From an uncultured Acidobacteriota bacterium (GTDB lineage Bacteria > Acidobacteriota > Thermoanaerobaculia > Multivoradales > JAHEKO01), in assembly GCA_963713825.1 (NCBI GenBank), contig CAVQNG010000003.1, positions 480,001-544,000 on the forward strand: a stretch of DNA of 64,000 nt, given 5' to 3'. Positions 56,771 through 64,000 of this stretch are shown piece after piece; the first letter of the stretch is position 1, and each line of letters starts with the position of its first letter. The notes under the pieces were generated by a model. It saw nothing but the letters and a program-made list of their open reading frames with translations. It searched no databases and was not told where the DNA came from. The position numbers and the translations under genes are program-made.

Positions 56771-59464
56771 CTACACCGTCCAAGGATCCGGCGCCTCGGG
56801 ATCGATGTCGTACTTCTGGATCGCTTCGGCTACCTTGGCTGCTGGCATCTTGCCGTTATCAGCCAGCGCCTTGAGTGCCGCCACGGCCACCTGATAGCGA
56901 TCGACTTCGAAGAAGCGCCGCAGCCGCTGCCGGGTATCACTGCGACCGAATCCGTCGGTCCCCAAGGTCAGATAGCGGCCTGGCACCCAGGGGCGGATCT
57001 GGTCGGCAACTGCCCTCATGTAGTCGGTCGAGGCGATCACCGGGCCCTCCTGACCCTCCAGGCACTGCTCGACGTAGCTCTGCTTCGGCTTTGCGGTTGG
57101 ATGGAGGCGATTCCAGCGCTCGGTCGCCATACCGTCTCGGCGCAGCTGGTTGAAGCTTGTCGTGCTCCAGATATCGGACCCGACGCCGAAGTCCTGCTGC
57201 AAGAGATCGGCACCGGCAATGACCTCTCGCAGGATAGAGCCACTGCCCAGGAGTTGCACTCTGGGCTGCTTCGACTTGGGCTTTCCCCCTGCCGCCTTCC
57301 GCAACAGATACAGACCCTTGCAGATGGCCTCCTCGACTCCCTTCGGCATCGGCGGATGAGGGTAGTTCTCGTTCAGCAGCGTGATGTAGTAGAAGACCGA
57401 CTCGTCGTCCGCATACATCCTTTTGAGACCATCCTGCAGAATCACTGCCAGCTCATACCCGTAGGTCGGGTCGTAGGAACGACAATTGGGTACCGTCGAG
57501 GACAACAGGTGGCTGTGGCCGTCCTGGTGCTGCAGCCCTTCCCCGTTGAGGGTTGTGCGCCCCGAGGTTGCACCCATGAGAAAGCCCTTGGCCTGCATGT
57601 CGGCAGCGGCCCAGATGAGGTCGCCGATGCGCTGGAATCCGAACATGGAGTAGAAGATGAAGAACGGCACCATCGGAATGCCGTGGTTGACGTGGGATGT
57701 CCCGGCGGCGATCCACGACGACAGGGAGCCCGCCTCGGAGATGCCCTCCTGCAAGATCTGCCCGTGCTTCTCCTCGCGGTAGTAGGCCAACTGGTCCGCA
57801 TCCTCGGGCGTGTAGAGCTGCCCCGTCGGTGCGTAGATGCCGACCTGTCGAAACATCCCCTCCATGCCGAACGTCCGCGCCTCGTCCGCCACGATCGGCA
57901 CGATGTGATCCTTGATCTTTTTGTCGCGGGTCAGGGACATGAGGAGTCGAACAAAGGCCATGGTGGTAGAGACTTCGCGGTCGCCACTGCCTTCCGCGAC
58001 GCTGCTGAAGGTGGACAGATCGGGAACGTCCAGCTTCTCTGCCGCTTCGGGCCGCCGAATGGGGATGTATCCCCCGAGAGCCTCCCGGCGCTCCCTCAAA
58101 TACCGCATGGGGGCGCTGTCCTCGGCCGGCTTGTAGAACGGCAGCCCCTCCACCCGGTCTTCGGCGATAGGGATGTTGAATCGATCCCGGAACAGGCGCA
58201 GCTCTTCCTCGCCCATCTTCTTCTGCTGGTGGGTGATGTTCTGCCCCTCGCCAGCCTCACCCATTCCATAGCCCTTGACGGTCTTGGCCAGGATCACGGT
58301 GGGCTGGCCCGTGTGCTTGACGGCTGCCGCATAGGCGGCGTAGACCTTCTGGGGGTCATGTCCGCCGCGACCGAGCCGCCAGATCTCCTGATCGGACATG
58401 TTCGCCACCATCTCTGCCAGCTCCGGATAGGCGCCGAAGAAGTGCTTGCGAATGTAGTCACCGTCGGCCGTGACGTAGGCCTGATACTCGCCATCGACAG
58501 TCTCTTCCATTCGTCGCCGCAGAAGTCCCGACGTGTCCTTGGCCAACAATGGGTCCCAGTTCGAGCCCCAGACGACCTTGATCACGTTCCATCCGGCACC
58601 CCGGAACACCGCTTCCAGCTCCTGGATGATCTTGCCGTTGCCGCGCACGGGGCCATCGAGGCGCTGCAGGTTGCAGTTGATGACGAAGATGAGATTGTCC
58701 AGTTTCTCCCGCGAGCCCAGCGAGATGGCCCCCAGCGACTCCGGCTCGTCCATCTCCCCGTCGCCCAGAAAAGCCCAGACCTTGCGACCCTCGGTGTCGA
58801 TGATGCCCCGGTTGTGGAGGTACTTCATGAAGCGCGCCTGGTAGATCGCCGAGATCGAGGTGAGACCCATGGAGACCGTGGGAAAACGCCAGAAATCCGG
58901 CATGAGCCAGGGATGGGGATAGGAGGGAATCCCCTCGCCGCCCACCTCCTGCCGGAAATTGGCCATCTGCTCTTCGGTGATACGGCCTTCGAGAAAGGCT
59001 CGAGCGTAGACGCCTGGCGAGCTGTGACCCTGGATCATCACCAGGTCGCACCGGTGATCGTCCCCAGGGCCATGAAAGAAGTGATTGAATCCGACCTCCA
59101 GCAGAGTTGCCACAGATTGGTAGGTCGCGATGTGACCGCCCAGATCCAGGCCTTCCCGGTTGGCTCTCACCACCATGGCCATGGCATTCCACCGGATGAT
59201 GCTCTTGATCCGACGCTCCAGGGCTGGGTCGCCTTGCCGGCGCTCTTCCTGATGCACGGGAATCGTGTTCAGGTAGGCGGTCGTTGCGTTGTAGGGCAGA
59301 TAGGCGCCCGAGCGGCGCGCCTTGTCGACCAATGACTCAATGAGAAAGTGGGCCCGCTCGGGGCCGTCTCTCTCGATGACCTCCTCGAGCGCCTCTTTCC
59401 ACTCCCGGGTCTCTTGAGAGTCGAGATCCTGATCGAGGGGGTTGTTCTCTCGTTCCGTATTCAT
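56771..59464 (-). CDS. aceE: Pyruvate dehydrogenase E1, homodimeric type
   Basis: GDGEMDEPE, NLQRLDGPV, GRTTLNGEGLQH. Confidence 0.97.
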   Translation of the reverse strand: MNTERENNPLDQDLDSQETREWKEALEEVIERDGPERAHFLIESLVDKARRSGAYLPYNATTAYLNTIPVHQEERRQGDPALERRIKSIIRWNAMAMVVRANREGLDLGGHIATYQSVATLLEVGFNHFFHGPGDDHRCDLVMIQGHSSPGVYARAFLEGRITEEQMANFRQEVGGEGIPSYPHPWLMPDFWRFPTVSMGLTSISAIYQARFMKYLHNRGIIDTEGRKVWAFLGDGEMDEPESLGAISLGSREKLDNLIFVINCNLQRLDGPVRGNGKIIQELEAVFRGAGWNVIKVVWGSNWDPLLAKDTSGLLRRRMEETVDGEYQAYVTADGDYIRKHFFGAYPELAEMVANMSDQEIWRLGRGGHDPQKVYAAYAAAVKHTGQPTVILAKTVKGYGMGEAGEGQNITHQQKKMGEEELRLFRDRFNIPIAEDRVEGLPFYKPAEDSAPMRYLRERREALGGYIPIRRPEAAEKLDVPDLSTFSSVAEGSGDREVSTTMAFVRLLMSLTRDKKIKDHIVPIVADEARTFGMEGMFRQVGIYAPTGQLYTPEDADQLAYYREEKHGQILQEGISEAGSLSSWIAAGTSHVNHGIPMVPFFIFYSMFGFQRIGDLIWAAADMQAKGFLMGATSGRTTLNGEGLQHQDGHSHLLSSTVPNCRSYDPTYGYELAVILQDGLKRMYADDESVFYYITLLNENYPHPPMPKGVEEAICKGLYLLRKAAGGKPKSKQPRVQLLGSGSILREVIAGADLLQQDFGVGSDIWSTTSFNQLRRDGMATERWNRLHPTAKPKQSYVEQCLEGQEGPVIASTDYMRAVADQIRPWVPGRYLTLGTDGFGRSDTRQRLRRFFEVDRYQVAVAALKALADNGKMPAAKVAEAIQKYDIDPEAPDPWTV

Positions 59465-59575
59465 GATTCCTACACCTCTAGGTCTGTGTGGCGGCCGGAA
59501 ACCACCTCACCCAACCTGATCCTTCCGGTTCTTCGCGGTGTCCTTCGCGAGCGTCGGCGTATTCTATGCCACCGT

Positions 59576-60847
59576 CTACGAGGCCGGGACCTCCGCACCC
59601 TCACCCAGAAGAAGAGTCAACGGAATCTCTGCTACGCGCAGATGCGAACTCTCACCCTCGGCCACGTCCACCCAGATCAGAAAAAGCTGTTCCTCGATCC
59701 GCTCGAGGCGAGGGAAGCCACTGGCTCGGGCATTCTGGGTCTCCGCCACGACGAAGGTCCGTTCGAGGTTCCCGGCCGAGGACAGCAAGCCCAGCATCAC
59801 CCTGGCCTTGTCGCTACCGCTCGCCAGCCAGCTCACGACCGCAACACCCTCACCCGCCGAGGCTAGATCCACCCGGCCAACGGGATTGTCCGCATCGATG
59901 AGGATCGGCTCTCCGAAGCTGGTGCCGCCATCCCGCGAAATGGCAGCCTTCACGCATGGCTCGTCTGAGGCCGCGGTGAACCAGGCCACAAAGAGGTCTT
60001 CGCCCGCAATGGCGGTGGCTGGGCCGTTGACAGGGCAGCCCGGAATCACCCACTCATCCGACGCCACCGGCGTCGTGGGGCTCCATTGCCCTACCTCGCG
60101 TCGCACGATAGCGATATCTCGGACCTCTGTTTGGCTTCGATCTCGAAACACCACGAGGGGCTCCCCGCCAACAACAGCCGCCGTTGTGGCGCAACAGTCG
60201 CAAACCCGCTCATCCAGGACCTCGGAGGGCGAAACCTCTTCCCGAACGACCGTTGTACGTAGGCTCATCGGCCCCTCGTCGAGCATCGCTCGGCCATCAA
60301 GCCAGAATGCCCGCACCGCATCTCCTTCCGTTACCCAGGAGACGAACCCATGCTCCGTCGGGGTCACGTCGTCGTTCAGTGGGCCCAGCGGTCGCCAGGT
60401 CAGACCCTGATCTGTGGAGCGTGCGAGAAGGATCGAGTAGGCGTAGGTTTCTCCCCCTGTCTTGGCGAGCCAGTGGGCGAGAAGACTACCGTCGTTCGCC
60501 TCGATCAAAGCTGGAATATCGGCCCAATTGGCAAAGAAGTCGCCGCCTTCAGCAATCGTCGTGGGCACCAGCCAATCACCATCAACCAGGCGGGAGAACC
60601 GCAACCGATGGCCCGAGCCTTCGGCCTGGGGCTCGCCTACTTCCAACCACGTAGCTGCCAATCGGCCGTCTACGACGGCCAGGTTCGGAGCCAGGGCACC
60701 AGGCCTGGCGGGCGGATCGACCGCCCTCCACTTCAGATCGACTTCTGCCAGGGTTCCAGGGGGGTCTTCAAGCTCTGGGGACGAGCCACCATCCGGCGAA
60801 CATGCTGCAAAGCAGACCACCCACGCCAGCACGCCGCAGGAAAGCAA
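59576..60847 (-). CDS. BNR/Asp-box repeat lipoprotein
   Basis: S.D.G.TW, S.DGG.SF; FFANWAD; VCDCC; GCPVNGP. Confidence 0.8.
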   Translation of the reverse strand: MLSCGVLAWVVCFAACSPDGGSSPELEDPPGTLAEVDLKWRAVDPPARPGALAPNLAVVDGRLAATWLEVGEPQAEGSGHRLRFSRLVDGDWLVPTTIAEGGDFFANWADIPALIEANDGSLLAHWLAKTGGETYAYSILLARSTDQGLTWRPLGPLNDDVTPTEHGFVSWVTEGDAVRAFWLDGRAMLDEGPMSLRTTVVREEVSPSEVLDERVCDCCATTAAVVGGEPLVVFRDRSQTEVRDIAIVRREVGQWSPTTPVASDEWVIPGCPVNGPATAIAGEDLFVAWFTAASDEPCVKAAISRDGGTSFGEPILIDADNPVGRVDLASAGEGVAVVSWLASGSDKARVMLGLLSSAGNLERTFVVAETQNARASGFPRLERIEEQLFLIWVDVAEGESSHLRVAEIPLTLLLGEGAEVPAS

Positions 60848-60873
60848 CCAGCTCGCTGACCGAGTAGGGCTCC

Positions 60874-61530
60874 TCAGTCCACCGCCTCCGGGTTCCCTGG
60901 AACCTCTTCCTCTTCCATCTCGACCATTCCCGGCACCTCTTCCAGGCCTTCCATGACAACGGTGCCACAGGCCAGCCGTGCCCCGGCGGCGCCGGTAGGC
61001 TGAGATTCGAGGTCGTCCTCGCCCTCGTGCAGGATCACGGCCCGACCGATGACCGTGGTTTCGGCGCCGGGCTCGACCGTCAGCATGTCGGTCAGGAGCT
61101 CGAGATGGCCGGAGCCATCGGCTCCGACGTCGATGTTGCCGAAATCACCGGCGTGACGGATCGAGTCGCTCGGGCCACCGTGCGGGTCTCCGGTGGGATT
61201 GAAATGACCACCTGTGGAAGTGAAGTCGCCAGCGCTGCAATCGCCTTTCTCATGCAGATGGATCCCATGCAGACCGGGAGCGACTCCGGAGACGTGGGCT
61301 GCGACTACGACACCCTCGCCTGTCTGGGTGAACGTCACCGTTCCCGCAACCTCCGTGTCGGCACGAGGTGTCAGGATCGCGACGGCTACCAGGGCCTCTT
61401 CCACAACCTCGACGACCTGTTCGGCGGACTCCGAAGAGGCTTCGGGCGCTGGCGATTCTGCCTTGGGACCACAGGCCGTGACAGAAACGAGAAGAGCAAG
61501 TACGAGCATAGAAAGTGAGAGCTTGGACAT
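60874..61530 (-). CDS. sodC: Cu/Zn superoxide dismutase lipoprotein
   Basis: HGIHLH, GGHFNP, H, RHAGD.GN, H..EDD, G.R.ACG; lipobox TAC. Confidence 0.92.
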   Translation of the reverse strand: MSKLSLSMLVLALLVSVTACGPKAESPAPEASSESAEQVVEVVEEALVAVAILTPRADTEVAGTVTFTQTGEGVVVAAHVSGVAPGLHGIHLHEKGDCSAGDFTSTGGHFNPTGDPHGGPSDSIRHAGDFGNIDVGADGSGHLELLTDMLTVEPGAETTVIGRAVILHEGEDDLESQPTGAAGARLACGTVVMEGLEEVPGMVEMEEEEVPGNPEAVD

Positions 61531-61711
61531 GATGTCTCCTTCCGAGATTCTGATCTGTTTCAAGGAACCTACGATTCTAGCGGATCAGCCGACAGGGCGT
61601 CGTTGGTCAGGCCCCAGGCACAGTGGATGGGGCCAGGCTACGCTGTGCTAGCCTTCCCGCCAACCCACGACCTCGTGGGGGATACCGCGTCTTCAATTCT
61701 GGAGGGATTCA

Positions 61712-64000
61712 ATGCGCGACAAGCTCCTAGCCCTGATCGTCGGACTCCTGCTGGCGACGGCGGTATTCGCAGTCCCACCCACTCCCGAGGAGTTCCTGGG
61801 CTTTTCTGTCGGCACCAACCGCAAGCTCGCCTCCTATACCCAGGTCCTCTCCTATTTGCGTCAGGTGGCCGCGGCTTCCGACAGGGTCTCCATCGACGAG
61901 TTGGGGGAGTCGACGCTGGGCAATGAAATGGTCGCGGTGGTGTTGACCTCCGCTGCGAACCAACTGAACCTCGATCGCTATCGGGAGATCGCTGGCCAGC
62001 TGGCCAACGCCGATCAGCTCTCCAGTGACGAGGCCGCCCTCCTCATCGACGAAGGCAAGGCCATCGCTCTCGTCACCTGCACCATCCACTCGACAGAGGT
62101 GGGCTCCACCCAGATGGCCATGGAATTCGTTCACGACTTCGCGACGACCGTCGATCCCGAGAAGCTGGCCTGGATGGAAGAAATGATCGTGCTGCTCATG
62201 CCGTCGATCAACCCGGACGGCCAGGTGATGGTCGTCGATTGGTACAACGAACATCTCGGCACCAAGTTCGAGGGCGGTCAGATGCCGTGGCTCTACCATC
62301 ACTATGTCGGCCACGACAACAATCGCGACTTCTACATGCTGACCCAGAAAGAGTCTCGAGTCGTCAACCAGGTCCTCTACCATCGGTGGTTCCCCCAGGT
62401 CTTCCTGGACGAGCATCAGATGGGCTCGACAGGGCCTCGGATGTTCGTGCCCCCGCAGACCGATCCGCTGGCACCCGAGATTCACTCCCTGATCTTTCGA
62501 CAAGCCGACTTGATCGGTACCAATATGAGCTATCGCCTCGAGGAGTCGGGTCGCACCGGGGTCGGCCACAACATGATCTTCGACAGCTACTGGCCGGGTG
62601 GCACTCGCAATACTGCCTGGTGGAAGAACGTCACCGGTCTGCTGACCGAGGTGGCTAGCGTCCGGATCGCCACGCCGATCCAGATCGATTCCGGCGAGCT
62701 CAGGGGAGGCAGCAAGGGCCTGCCCGAGTACACCCGAAGAGCCAATTTCCCCTCTCCCTGGCCGGGCGGCGACTGGACTCTGCGAGACATCGTCGACTAC
62801 GAGTTGGTCGCCACCTGGGCCCTGGTGGAGACCGTGTCGGAGAACAGACCTGAGTTCCTGCGCAACTTCTACCGCATGGCCAACGAGGCGACAGAGGCGG
62901 GAGTCACCGAGTCGCCTTCCGCTTGGATCGTCTCGCCCGACCAGCACGACCCGGTAGCCGCAGGCCGCATGGTCGAGCTGCTCTTGGAGCACGGCATCAG
63001 AATCTACACCTCCGACCGGCCGTTGCAGCTGGGCATGACGACCTACCCGGCAGGAACACACATCATCCCCGCCGCACAGCCCTATCGAGCCTTCTTGCTC
63101 ACCATGCTGCGACCCCAGCGCTATCCAGAGGTGGTTCCCTACCAGGGTGGACCCATCTATCCGCCGTACGACGTGACTTCCTGGTCGCTACCCATCGCTT
63201 TCGGGGTGGAGGTCGCCGAGACGGATCGTGCCCTGCCCGGAACACTGCGACGCATCGACACGCCCGTCTGGCCGCAGGTCGTTCTAACCGAAGGCTCTGG
63301 CGGCTACCTGATCCCGCACAGCTCGGACTCCGCTTTCACGGCCCTCAATCGCCTGCTGCGGGATGGCAAGGAGATCTACTGGCTGCTCACGCCACCAGAG
63401 GAGGGTCAGGTAGGCGACATCTGGCTACCGTCCGATGCGCTCTCCTCGAGTGAAGCATCGGCCCTTGCCGAAGAGTTGCACCTGCCGATCCGCTCACTCG
63501 ACTCGGCTCCCACCGGCGACCGACTGCGCGTCCGCTCTTCACGCGTCGGGCTCTTCAAGCCTTGGGTGGCCAGCATGGATGAGGGGTGGACCCGCTGGGT
63601 CCTGGAACAGTACGACTTCCCCTTCATCAATCTGAACAACCAGGACATCAAGGAAGGCTCTTTCCGGGGCGCCGCGGATGTGCTCCTGTTTCCCGATGTC
63701 AGCTCCTCGATCATCACCCAGGGAGAGCCGGACTCTCCCTGGGCCAAGCAGTTCTGGACGCCGCTGCCGCCGGAGTACTCGGGCGGCATCGCACCCGAAG
63801 GTGAGGAGGAGATCAAGAAGTGGGTCGAGGCGGGCGGCACGGTTGTCGCCATGGACTCGTCCACCAACTACTTTATCGAGCTGTTCGGCCTGCCGGTCAG
63901 CAACGTTCTCGAGGGACTCGAGGACGACCAGTTCTCGGCCCCCGGCACGATGGTCAAGCTGCTCGTCGATGTCGACCACCCCGTGGGATTCGGAATGCGC
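61712..64000 (+). CDS. M14 zinc carboxypeptidase family protein (3' partial; absent from ORF track)
   Basis: RBS ggagg, signal peptide MRDKLLALIVGLLL, IHSTE, NPDG, NRD, DEHQMG. Confidence 0.88.
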   Translation, partial: MRDKLLALIVGLLLATAVFAVPPTPEEFLGFSVGTNRKLASYTQVLSYLRQVAAASDRVSIDELGESTLGNEMVAVVLTSAANQLNLDRYREIAGQLANADQLSSDEAALLIDEGKAIALVTCTIHSTEVGSTQMAMEFVHDFATTVDPEKLAWMEEMIVLLMPSINPDGQVMVVDWYNEHLGTKFEGGQMPWLYHHYVGHDNNRDFYMLTQKESRVVNQVLYHRWFPQVFLDEHQMGSTGPRMFVPPQTDPLAPEIHSLIFRQADLIGTNMSYRLEESGRTGVGHNMIFDSYWPGGTRNTAWWKNVTGLLTEVASVRIATPIQIDSGELRGGSKGLPEYTRRANFPSPWPGGDWTLRDIVDYELVATWALVETVSENRPEFLRNFYRMANEATEAGVTESPSAWIVSPDQHDPVAAGRMVELLLEHGIRIYTSDRPLQLGMTTYPAGTHIIPAAQPYRAFLLTMLRPQRYPEVVPYQGGPIYPPYDVTSWSLPIAFGVEVAETDRALPGTLRRIDTPVWPQVVLTEGSGGYLIPHSSDSAFTALNRLLRDGKEIYWLLTPPEEGQVGDIWLPSDALSSSEASALAEELHLPIRSLDSAPTGDRLRVRSSRVGLFKPWVASMDEGWTRWVLEQYDFPFINLNNQDIKEGSFRGAADVLLFPDVSSSIITQGEPDSPWAKQFWTPLPPEYSGGIAPEGEEEIKKWVEAGGTVVAMDSSTNYFIELFGLPVSNVLEGLEDDQFSAPGTMVKLLVDVDHPVGFGMR

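Noticed and set aside
57101-59335. 744-aa plus-strand ORF
   Set aside because: Antisense shadow of aceE.
61727-63061. 444-aa minus-strand ORF
   Set aside because: Shadow of the plus-strand M14 peptidase, which runs off the window.

Overview
GC-rich bacterial window; gene content and style suggest an Acidobacteriota/Thermoanaerobaculia-like organism (inference). The left ~21.6 kb is an accessory region anchored on an intact minus-strand tRNA-Ser(TGA) at 21517-21606. Downstream of the tRNA is a tandem array of small cargo modules (~1.6-6.7 kb) with no integrase gene in the window. Four displaced copies of the tRNA 3' half separate them, and three of these carry REP-like insertions in the T-loop. 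Conserved non-coding ends bearing GTGGACCAC repeats border the modules. Cargo is mostly exported hydrolases, plus an integron-type attC cassette and IS481, IS6 and Vsr relics. The right ~42 kb is mostly housekeeping (serS, pdxA, Hfq-like, ricT-like, purD, ispH, ppa, yjjX, mtgA, aceE-aceF-lpdA, sodC). It also holds three genes split in the ORF track by in-frame TGA codons, each TGA followed by a SECIS-like hairpin: a GrdB/PrdB-like UxxC protein, an AhpD-like CxxU protein and a MerB-like protein with two predicted selenocysteines. Also present are a subclass B1 metallo-beta-lactamase flanked by inverted repeats, a hicBA pair and a telomere-like (TTAGGGGC)n tract. All calls come from reading the sequence; no searches were run.
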